NCBI GenBank assembly: GCA_964543115.1
Contig: CAZIXI010000002.1
Coordinates: 1-39,870 of the forward strand
Direction: 5' to 3'
Source of the DNA: an uncultured bacterium
Lineage (GTDB): Bacteria > Auribacterota > CAZIXI01
Length of the DNA stretch: 39,870 nucleotides
Numbering within the stretch: position 1 is the first letter of the stretch; each line of letters starts with the position of its first letter. The notes beneath the pieces are model-generated. The model was not told the DNA's origin. It saw nothing but the letters and a program-made list of their open reading frames with translations, and searched no databases. A program made the translations under genes and the position numbers. Shown one piece after another: positions 7,267 through 14,941 of this stretch.

Positions 7267-9735
7267 TTAGATAGCGGTATCCAGCAGCTCAATTAACTCC
7301 CGAATATCAGCCAGGTTATTTTCCGCGATTTTTGCTTTCTGACCATTAATAAATTCCAGTATAGCCTGAATAAAGTATCTTATATCTCCAGGAAACATCT
7401 CTTGCAGCTCTATCGACATTTCATCGGTTGCTGGAACGTGGATGGCGTTTGCTGTCATTTTTGTTTGCGCTGGTTTAAGCCCTGAATCTTTCATAAATAG
7501 AACTAAGTCATAAAATGCCCCTCCTTCCTCAAGCTGCGGATTTATGATTCTGTTGCGGAGGCAATGCGGGTGGTTTTTCTTTAACGAACCAATAATGATA
7601 TTTTTAACAAAATTCTGTTCAGGAATCTCCAGCGGGTCTTCTCCGTCAAGTAAGTTTCTTGCTAATTCTGGGTTAACATTGTATCTAGCAAGAATTTCTT
7701 GCCGCGGACTTTTTCTGATAAGTATTATCTGCTGACAGGAATCATTTCCATAATCTAAAACAAATTTAAGTTTTAAATAAAGATCTTTAGTCTCTTCAAT
7801 TGTTCCCAGTTGATCTAACCAAGCGTCAAATTTTACCGCATCGTGCGATTCCACAGCGGAAATGCCAATTTGAGCAAATTGTTCAGGAATGACTCCTGCA
7901 AATTCCGCTAAACTGCTTTTAATAATTGCTCTAAAGGCATTGCCCCATCTTTGTAATGCCTTTTCTCTGGTGAGGAAATTAGTCCGGCCAAGAACAATGA
8001 TAAAATCCTTACTTAGTTCCCGCAGTATTTCCCGCAGTACACTCTGATTAAGGCCGCCATTTTCGCCGCCCTTTAACATAATAGTGGCAATACTGTCAGA
8101 GTTAGAAAGGAATTCTCGTAATTTTTCCTTTTCGAGTTCTTCAATGGCCGGCTGCATTGCGGTCCTGGCCTGATCATAAGCGCTGCCAAAAATATCTCGT
8201 TCATCTGGGGAAACACAAAAATGTTTTAGCGCTTTTTCTTTATTTCTGTCCGTCGGGCGGCCGATATTGGCGCCGCCGATATCTTCACCAAAATCGAACC
8301 AACAGAGGAAATTGTTTTTGTCGATACGAAAATCTCTGAGGCAGTTTTCACTCGAAGAGGTGTAGCCGGCAGCATCTAAGCCAGCGGCAAACTGGGCTAG
8401 TTGACGCAGATAGGGGATACGCTCCTGGGCGGAGAGTTCGTCAATAATTTCGTCAGCCTCAAAAGGAATATATTCTTGATAAAGAATGAAGTTTTTCTTG
8501 TCAATATGATAGTTCTCCGGTACCCGCAAACCTAGTTTTTTAAAAATAGCTATGCTTCTTAACCACCCAGCTAAGTGTGTTTCAGGGCAGGGAGTAGCCA
8601 CTACTTTAGCGATGAATCTTCTGTTTTCTTTTCCGCCTGACGCACGAAGAAGAGACAGATCTAATGAGGCAATATAAGTTTCAGCGCCACCCATCCGGTA
8701 GTGATAGCCCCCGTTAATGCCGAGTAATGTTTCATCCTCTGCTAGAATATTCAGGTTTTCTAATGCTGCTGCTAACGCGGGAAGATCCTTATCAATGTCT
8801 AAATCTTTTTTGTTACGGTCTATCAAGTAGGCTGCAAAGATTAAACTGCTTCTTTTATCTACCGCACTCTGTGCTTCAGAGGATGTCAACCCGTGATATT
8901 CAGCGTAAGCTTCAATGCTGGATTGTGGTTTGGGGTTATAATTGCTGACAGTACTTTCATAGATATGTCTCAAGATATCTGAGTTAGAAAGTTTATTGCT
9001 CTCTTCTTCAATGCTGAGAAAATTTCTTACTGAACTGCCTGCGCATAGATTGTGCCAGCTTGCTGCGGACAGCATTTTCTCTAATATCTTTAATCTGTCC
9101 TGAAGTAAGCTGTAATAGCGCATGATATCGCCGGTAGCTTGTTGTAAATTGAATCTTAAAATTTCATTGATAAATCTTGCTCTTTCCTGCTGGCTGGTCC
9201 TGAAAAGGCCCTGGCCGTCATCAATCCAGTCAAAAATACAAGGGACATGTTTGGCTATTTGTACTGTTCTGATTTTTCCGGCAAGGGGCAATTCTTCCTC
9301 CAGCAAAATAGTCCCGGATTTATTGCGATGAGATTCGAAATAGTCATTATGCAGATTGTCTGTTGCGGTGGCCCCAGAGGAATAGCGGTGTACTAGCTCA
9401 GGCCGGAAAATATAGATAGTGTCAGCGATTATCGTAATGCTGAAATTAAGCTCTTTTTTAGGAAGAATTGCTTCAATTTCTTGCCAAATCACTTGACGCT
9501 GTTCCTTCAATAACTCTTCTGTCTGGATACCGTGTCTCTCTAGAATTTCAACAACAACAGCACCCAGATTCAGTTCCTGAGCATAATCCAGGCAATCTCT
9601 TGCCTGTGAAGAAACAGCCAATTTATTAGGCAGATTGGTATAGCCTAGGGTTGGACTTGAACAGATTGAACTAAGTACAAGTAGCCAAACTGCTGCAAGT
9701 AAGGATCTTATGCCCCCCATAAGTATGCCCCCCAT
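7267..9735 (-). CDS. Orphan 822-aa (or 817-aa from ATG 9720) signal-peptide protein, with no family recognised; weak protein-kinase-like motif string in residues ~338-490
   Basis: This is the only long ORF in the region and has its own flanking intergenic regions of 168 bp and about 225 bp. The N-terminus MGGILMGGIRSLLAAVWLLVLSSICSSP is signal-peptide-like. Many stretches look AT-richer than the neighbouring genes by eye. Confidence 0.7.
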   Translation of the reverse strand: MGGILMGGIRSLLAAVWLLVLSSICSSPTLGYTNLPNKLAVSSQARDCLDYAQELNLGAVVVEILERHGIQTEELLKEQRQVIWQEIEAILPKKELNFSITIIADTIYIFRPELVHRYSSGATATDNLHNDYFESHRNKSGTILLEEELPLAGKIRTVQIAKHVPCIFDWIDDGQGLFRTSQQERARFINEILRFNLQQATGDIMRYYSLLQDRLKILEKMLSAASWHNLCAGSSVRNFLSIEEESNKLSNSDILRHIYESTVSNYNPKPQSSIEAYAEYHGLTSSEAQSAVDKRSSLIFAAYLIDRNKKDLDIDKDLPALAAALENLNILAEDETLLGINGGYHYRMGGAETYIASLDLSLLRASGGKENRRFIAKVVATPCPETHLAGWLRSIAIFKKLGLRVPENYHIDKKNFILYQEYIPFEADEIIDELSAQERIPYLRQLAQFAAGLDAAGYTSSSENCLRDFRIDKNNFLCWFDFGEDIGGANIGRPTDRNKEKALKHFCVSPDERDIFGSAYDQARTAMQPAIEELEKEKLREFLSNSDSIATIMLKGGENGGLNQSVLREILRELSKDFIIVLGRTNFLTREKALQRWGNAFRAIIKSSLAEFAGVIPEQFAQIGISAVESHDAVKFDAWLDQLGTIEETKDLYLKLKFVLDYGNDSCQQIILIRKSPRQEILARYNVNPELARNLLDGEDPLEIPEQNFVKNIIIGSLKKNHPHCLRNRIINPQLEEGGAFYDLVLFMKDSGLKPAQTKMTANAIHVPATDEMSIELQEMFPGDIRYFIQAILEFINGQKAKIAENNLADIRELIELLDTAI

Positions 9736-9776
9736 GCAATATTGTAATGCTTATTCTAATTGATATTACAATATGC
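9736..9776 (-). promoter_or_regulatory. Imperfect inverted repeat abutting the start codon of the 822-aa ORF (operator or 5'-UTR hairpin candidate)
   Basis: GCAATATTGTAAT (9736-9748) and ATTACAATAT-GC (9765-9776) are complementary apart from one missing base. They are separated by a 16-nt loop. Confidence 0.4.
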
Positions 9777-9895
9777 CTTATGAATTAAGCTATGTCAAGG
9801 CAGGGGGATTTTTTTAGTGATGAAAAAACAGAATGTTTTTGTTGGGTTTAAAACCGGACATTTCTAATAAGTTTTGACAAAAATTGCCACAAGTG

Positions 9896-9924
9896 TTGAC
9901 ATAAGTGCATTTAAATGCTATATT
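9896..9924 (+). promoter_or_regulatory. Near-consensus sigma70 promoter for nadK (TTGACA - 17 nt - TATATT)
   Basis: TTGACA lies at 9896-9901, followed by a 17-nt spacer and TATATT at 9919-9924 (TATAAT follows immediately). A second TTGACA lies at 9874-9879. The promoter sits 37 nt upstream of ATG 9961. Confidence 0.55.
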
Positions 9925-9960
9925 ATAATACCTTTATTATTAAGGCTTAATATATATATT

Positions 9961-10827
9961 ATGAAAACTATCGGTATTATAGCAAATTTAACGAAAAAAC
10001 AGTCTCTCCAGGTAGCCAGAAAGGTTATCCGGTTCTTTAAATCTTACCGGATAAATGTTCTGCTTGATCGTCCATTGGCCAAAGCTTTGCATAAACCGCG
10101 ATTGGGGGTTTCGATAAATGCCCTGGCGCGGGAATCAGAAGTGGTATTTGCTTTGGGTGGTGATGGTACGTTCCTGCGGGCTGCCCGGCTGATTCATAAA
10201 CATCTTAAACCGATTTTGGGTGTGCATCTGGGAGGATTAGGTTTTTTGGCGGAGGTTAATGTTGATACGTTGGAGAATGATCTGAAATTGTTGATTAAGG
10301 GTGAATATAATATTGATTTCAGGATGTCTCTTGAGGGAGAAGTGCTGCGCTGCAAGGTGAAAAAACCAATTTCAATTCAGCCGGTACTCAATGATGTGGT
10401 TATCAGTAAGACGGATCTAAGCAGGCTTATTACGCTGGAAACTTATATTGATGATGAATATATTACTACCTATAACGCAGATGGAATAATTATTGCTACG
10501 CCTACCGGTTCAACCGCTTATACGTTAAGTGCCGGTGGACCGATTGTCTATCCCGGTTCAGAGGTCATTCTGGTGGCGCCTATCTGCCCGCATCTGCTGG
10601 CTCACCGGCCGTTGGTGGTGCCGGCAACCAGCAAGGTGAAAATTCGTTTGGGCGCGGATTCAGGATGTATTGCGCTTACTATGGATGGTCAGGTAGTACA
10701 GGAACTTTTACCTGGTGATTGGGTGATTATCGGTAAGGGGAGTCAGGAGATTCCGCTTATTAGTTTTGCCGATACATCATATTTTGATGTTCTCAAGAAA
10801 AAATTGCACTGGGGAAGCCGGTCATAA
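9961..10827 (+). CDS. nadK: NAD(+) kinase
   Basis: The GGDGTFL motif (FALGGDGTFLRAARL), NDVVI and the TPTGSTAYTLSAGGPIV block are canonical NadK. The track ORF starts at TTG 9874, but the homologous body starts at MKTIGIIAN (ATG 9961) and the promoter lies inside the extension. Confidence 0.9.
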   Translation: MKTIGIIANLTKKQSLQVARKVIRFFKSYRINVLLDRPLAKALHKPRLGVSINALARESEVVFALGGDGTFLRAARLIHKHLKPILGVHLGGLGFLAEVNVDTLENDLKLLIKGEYNIDFRMSLEGEVLRCKVKKPISIQPVLNDVVISKTDLSRLITLETYIDDEYITTYNADGIIIATPTGSTAYTLSAGGPIVYPGSEVILVAPICPHLLAHRPLVVPATSKVKIRLGADSGCIALTMDGQVVQELLPGDWVIIGKGSQEIPLISFADTSYFDVLKKKLHWGSRS

Positions 10828-10865
10828 GCTTCCCAGCTAATGTTATTTATGGAGGCGGTTGCTGA

Positions 10866-13088
10866 ATGAAGACTGAGAGTATTCATGGGAAGAAGACTGT
10901 GTTGGGTGATGAAGGTCTGCCCCAGATTGATATATCAATGGTGTCGCTAAGGGAATATAGTATCCAGAAGGAAATCGGCCGCGGCGGTATGGCGGTTGTC
11001 TACGAGGCGGTGGAAAAAAGCCTTAACCGCTTAGTGGCCCTTAAGGTATTAAGTAAGGAGCTGAGTAAGGATACGAGTTTATTGCAGAGGTTTGTTTATG
11101 AGGCCCAGGCCGCTGCCCGGTTGAGTCATCCCAATATTGTGCAGATTTATTCTATTGGCCAAGAGAGTGGGATTTATTATTTTGCCATGGAATATATTCG
11201 CGGACGCAGTGTCGAGGATATGGTTACCGGTAGTAAGCGCATTCCTATGCTGGAAGCGATAAATATTATTAGACAGACGGTGCTGGCTTTAAGAGAAGCA
11301 TATAAAGCCGGGATTATCCATCGTGACGTAAAACCAGGTAATATTCTGGTTAGTAATGAAGGGTTAGTTAAGGTAGCTGATTTTGGTCTGGCGGCTGAGG
11401 TCAAGGGGGCCCGGGTAGCGACCGGCGGCAGGATCGTGGGTACCCCGCTTTATATGTCTCCGGAACAGGCCCAGGGAAAAGAAGGTGATCATCGTTCGGA
11501 TATGTATTCATTGGGAATTACCTTCTATCAAATGATTACCGGCAAGCCGCCTTTTAGCTCAACAGAAACCAAGGAATTGATCAAAAGTCAAATTAACACA
11601 AATATTCCATCGGTGCCTGCTGGTGTTCATCCTTTTGTGGCTAAACTCATTACTCGTTTGACCAACAAAGATCCGGCAAAAAGGTATCCCGATTATGATA
11701 CCCTGCTCAATGAACTGGATTGGGGATATCGGAATTATCTTACCCGACGGCGGCGGCGGATTATTTTAGGCGGTATGCTGTTACTGGTTATGGGAGTTTA
11801 TGTGTATAATTTTTTCAATCCGCTGGTGCCGGAACCATTACCGACAAAAAAAATTGATAAGGGTCAGTTAGCGGAAGATGCCTATAAAAGAGTGGCGGGA
11901 TTTGTTAAACAGAATCCCGCGGCCAGTCTGGAAGCAAGTAAAAGATATATGTGGATCATTAACAAATATCCAGGGACAGAGGCCGCTGCCCGGGCTGAGC
12001 AGAAACTTGAGATTGTGGGGTTTGCCCGCGGGGGTAAGGGGAAGGAAGAGTTGAAAAAACTCAACGCCCAGCGGAAGAACATGATTGCTCAGGGGAAGTA
12101 TCAGGAGGTAATTGAAAAATACCTGGAATTAAAATACCGGTATCGCGATACAGAAACAGAAACACTGGCTCAGGGGTATATCAGTATGATTCTAGAAACA
12201 GCCAGAAGGGATTTTGATGCCCGGGCGCAGGAGGCAGTTGATTATTTGGAGCAGGGAGAATATGACCAGGCTCGTCGCGTTTATCAGCAATTAACAGAAG
12301 ATTTTGCCGTACCGGAGCTGGTGACGCGGGCGCGGAGGAAATTGGCCGAGATAGATAGAATTGAGCGAGAATCAGGTTTGAAGATTAAGGCAAATGAGGT
12401 TTTTGTCGCGATAAAAGAGAAGACCGAGTCTTTAGTCGCTGAACATAAGTATCGGGAAGCGCGAATGTATCTGGATTCAATAAATGAACGGGAACAGAAT
12501 GAAGTGCTTGATCTTTTGGTTAAGAAGCAGTTGGCTGAGGTTAATCGGCTGCAGAGAGAGCATAGTGATCAACAGGTTAATGTCTTGTATCAAGAACGTA
12601 TATATGAACAACTGGCGGCAGAGGTTGAGGAATTGGTGCAGCAGTTCAGTTTCGAAGAGGCCATGGCTGTTATTGAACAGAAACAGACGGGAATTACTGA
12701 CGATAAAGTGTTGAGTAAATTGGGCCGGCTTTCTGAAAGGATAGCATATTTACAGCGCTTAAAGTCAGTAGTTATTTCAGGGATCAACGAGGAACTGGCG
12801 CAAAAGAATATGGGGCAGGGGATTCTCGCTGATCGCGAACGGTTACTGATTATTGTTAAAGGCGGATTTGTCGGTCTGCCCTGGAAAGAGTGTTCGCCGA
12901 GGAAGATCTATGACCTGGGACAGCAATATGTTCAAGCAGAAAATGCCGAGGACCGTTTGGCTTTAGCGGTTTTTTGTCTGACCTATGGTCTGGGTGATGA
13001 GGCGGAAGGGGAGTTGCGGCAGGTCTTGGAGCTGGCGCCGGAAAAAAAGGCAATAGTGGAGAAGTATCGCCGGATGTTAAAAAGATAA
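10866..13088 (+). CDS. Hanks-type Ser/Thr protein kinase with TM segment and long helical/TPR-like C-terminal domain
   Basis: 740-aa ORF. It has the GRGGMAVVY glycine loop, VALKVL, HRDVKPGNILV, DFGLA and GTPLYMSPEQ. RRRRRIILGGMLLLVMGVYVY forms a TM helix, followed by about 430 aa of helical repeats. Confidence 0.9.
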   Translation: MKTESIHGKKTVLGDEGLPQIDISMVSLREYSIQKEIGRGGMAVVYEAVEKSLNRLVALKVLSKELSKDTSLLQRFVYEAQAAARLSHPNIVQIYSIGQESGIYYFAMEYIRGRSVEDMVTGSKRIPMLEAINIIRQTVLALREAYKAGIIHRDVKPGNILVSNEGLVKVADFGLAAEVKGARVATGGRIVGTPLYMSPEQAQGKEGDHRSDMYSLGITFYQMITGKPPFSSTETKELIKSQINTNIPSVPAGVHPFVAKLITRLTNKDPAKRYPDYDTLLNELDWGYRNYLTRRRRRIILGGMLLLVMGVYVYNFFNPLVPEPLPTKKIDKGQLAEDAYKRVAGFVKQNPAASLEASKRYMWIINKYPGTEAAARAEQKLEIVGFARGGKGKEELKKLNAQRKNMIAQGKYQEVIEKYLELKYRYRDTETETLAQGYISMILETARRDFDARAQEAVDYLEQGEYDQARRVYQQLTEDFAVPELVTRARRKLAEIDRIERESGLKIKANEVFVAIKEKTESLVAEHKYREARMYLDSINEREQNEVLDLLVKKQLAEVNRLQREHSDQQVNVLYQERIYEQLAAEVEELVQQFSFEEAMAVIEQKQTGITDDKVLSKLGRLSERIAYLQRLKSVVISGINEELAQKNMGQGILADRERLLIIVKGGFVGLPWKECSPRKIYDLGQQYVQAENAEDRLALAVFCLTYGLGDEAEGELRQVLELAPEKKAIVEKYRRMLKR

Positions 13089-13138
13089 ACAAATTAAGTT
13101 CTTGCATGGAATTTCAATGTTTTTGGGAAAATAATTAA

Positions 13139-13237
13139 ACCACGAAGTTTACGAAGAAAATATCTAAAATTAAAAACTTCGTCCCATTCAATTATTATAG
13201 ATTAAGGATGGGACTATTTCATTGTGTGCTTCGTGGT
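13139..13237 (+). promoter_or_regulatory. Candidate structured leader with alternative pairings upstream of the FHA-GAF-HD-GYP gene
   Basis: ACCACGAAG (13139-13147) pairs with CTTCGTGGT (13229-13237). ACGAAGTTT (13142-13150) pairs with AAACTTCGT (13174-13182). GTCCCAT (13181-13187) pairs with ATGGGAC (13208-13214). These are complementarities only; no covariation data exist. Confidence 0.3.
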
Positions 13238-13310
13238 GAAAAGAATTGTGGGTTTATAACTAATGAGTTCACGAGCGTAAGCGAGGGCTATTTTATGTGC
13301 CGGAGGGAAT

Positions 13311-14840
13311 GTGGCTAATGTCGAGTTAATTGTCATGAAGGGCGTCAACCGGGGGATGAGAATCCCGTTGGCAAATGAAAAGGTTACTATCGGACGCAGT
13401 ACGGACAATAATATTGTGCTTGAAGACAGCCGTATTTCCAGGCATCACTGCTCTATTTATAAAAGTGAGCATAAGTATGAAATTCAGGATTTGGGGAGCA
13501 CTAATAAAACGGTGGTGAATGAGGAGGCGATTAATAGCAAGATATTAAATATCGGTGATAAGATTTATATCGGTGATACCGCGTTTCTCTTTACCACGGT
13601 TGAAGATGGCAATAAATTATTAGCCAGGGATCATTTGCAGACAGGAACCAAAGTAATAACGGTTACGGAAATGAAGATCGCCCCGGATGAGAACAAAATT
13701 TTGGATGTTTCCGTTCTGGGAGACAATCTGGTAGCGCTTCGGCGTGCGCATCGTGATCTGGCTACTATTTATAAAATAGGTTTATTGATTAATTCCGTTC
13801 CTGACAGCGAACGGCTGATGAATATTTTAGCGGATAAGCTGATGGAGGTGGGGCAGCCGGACCGGGTGGTGTTGATCCTTTTTGAAAACGGCAGTGAACG
13901 CGTAGCAAATAAAATTGTCCGGACCAGGAAAGGGGACCCCGACGATAGCGATGTTACCAATATCAGTATGAGTATTGTTGATGAGGCGGCTTCAGAAAGG
14001 ATGGCAATACTCAGTTATGATGCTCTGGCCGATGAACGGTTCCGCGATAAACAGAGCGTTATTCTGAATCGTATCCGCAGCGCGATTTGTGTGCCGATAA
14101 TGAGCGCGAAGGATGTTCTCGGAGTGATGTATGTCGATACTAAAGTAAATGTGGGTAAGTTTTCTGAATATGATTTGCAATTTCTTTCGATTATCGCTAA
14201 TCAGGCCGGGATCGCCATTCAGAACGCGAAGTTGTATGAAGACCTGGATGGTTTGTTCACCGGTTCATTACGCACATTAGTGGCCACCATTGAGGCAAAG
14301 GATCCGATAACAAGCGGGCATTCGGTGCGGGTGACGGCCTATAGTCTGGCGATCGCGGAAGAGATCAGGCTGGAGAAAGAATTACTGCGTCCGTTAAAAA
14401 TTGCCGCCCTCTTACATGATATCGGTAAAATCGGCGTACCGGAAGCTATTCTGGGAAAGCCCGCTCCTTTGAGTCAGGATGAATTTATCAGGATAAGGGA
14501 ACACGCCGCCCGGGGAGCGGAGATCGTTAAAAACATTAAGAATGTAGAAGAGGTAGTCAGGACCATCCGGCATCATCATGAACGTTATGACGGTACCGGT
14601 ATTCCGGATGCGCTTAAAGGTACGCAGATCCCCATTACAAGCCGGATTATTGCGGTTGCGGATACTTTTGACGCGATGAGTTCTGACCGCCCTTACCGCA
14701 AGGGTGTTTCTCTGGACAAGGTGGTTAAAGAAATTCAGCGAAACAGCGGCAGTCAATTTGATCCTAAGATTGTGGAAGCGTTTTTACGGGCCTACAAGAA
14801 GGGAAGGCTTAACGAAATTCCGCAGACACCCTGGGCGTAG
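13311..14840 (+). CDS. FHA - GAF - HD-GYP domain protein (putative c-di-GMP phosphodiesterase)
   Basis: 509-aa ORF with a GTG start 3 nt after SD GGAGGG. It has an FHA signature (VTIGRS.DN.IVLED..ISR.HC.I...KYEIQDLGSTN.T.VN), a central GAF-like region, and an HD-GYP core (HS.RV...LHDIGKIGVPE.IL.KP..L...E...I..H...G..I...HHERYDGTGIPD...IP...RI.AVAD.FDAM.SDRPYR). Confidence 0.85.
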   Translation: MANVELIVMKGVNRGMRIPLANEKVTIGRSTDNNIVLEDSRISRHHCSIYKSEHKYEIQDLGSTNKTVVNEEAINSKILNIGDKIYIGDTAFLFTTVEDGNKLLARDHLQTGTKVITVTEMKIAPDENKILDVSVLGDNLVALRRAHRDLATIYKIGLLINSVPDSERLMNILADKLMEVGQPDRVVLILFENGSERVANKIVRTRKGDPDDSDVTNISMSIVDEAASERMAILSYDALADERFRDKQSVILNRIRSAICVPIMSAKDVLGVMYVDTKVNVGKFSEYDLQFLSIIANQAGIAIQNAKLYEDLDGLFTGSLRTLVATIEAKDPITSGHSVRVTAYSLAIAEEIRLEKELLRPLKIAALLHDIGKIGVPEAILGKPAPLSQDEFIRIREHAARGAEIVKNIKNVEEVVRTIRHHHERYDGTGIPDALKGTQIPITSRIIAVADTFDAMSSDRPYRKGVSLDKVVKEIQRNSGSQFDPKIVEAFLRAYKKGRLNEIPQTPWA

Positions 14841-14844
14841 TTCA

Positions 14845-14900
14845 ATTTCGGAGTGCAGATTTCGGATTTCGGATTTATTTAATTCGGCAATCCGAAATCT
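14845..14900 (+). terminator. ATTTCGGA direct repeats plus inverted copy forming a 10-12 bp hairpin between the HD-GYP gene and gltX
   Basis: ATTTCGGA occurs at 14845-14852, 14859-14866 and 14866-14873. AGATTTCGGATT (14857-14868) or ATTTCGGATT (14866-14875) can pair with AATCCGAAAT(CT) at 14889-14900. No clean U-run follows (aaaattaaatct), so terminator function is uncertain. Confidence 0.4.
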
Positions 14901-14941
14901 AAAATTAAATCTAGTTATTTTTAGAGAAAGATTGTCCTTTT

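Noticed and set aside
9806-9859. Mini-ORF (MMKKQNVFVGFKTGHF) between the orphan gene and the nadK promoter
   Set aside because: It is only 16 codons, its SD-like G-run is poorly spaced, and I cannot assess conservation. It is probably noise.
9874-9960. N-terminal 29-codon extension of nadK in the ORF track (TTG start at 9874)
   Set aside because: The TTG is part of a TTGACA hexamer and a near-consensus TTGACA-17-TATATT promoter lies inside the extension. NAD kinase similarity starts at MKTIGII (ATG 9961).
13208-13318. 36-codon upstream ORF (MGLFHCVLRGEKNCGFITNEFTSVSEGYFMCRRECG) ending 8 nt inside the FHA gene
   Set aside because: There is no usable SD (AAGG directly abuts the ATG), and its ATG is buried in the GTCCCAT/ATGGGAC hairpin. 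I keep it only as a remote uORF possibility within the leader finding.
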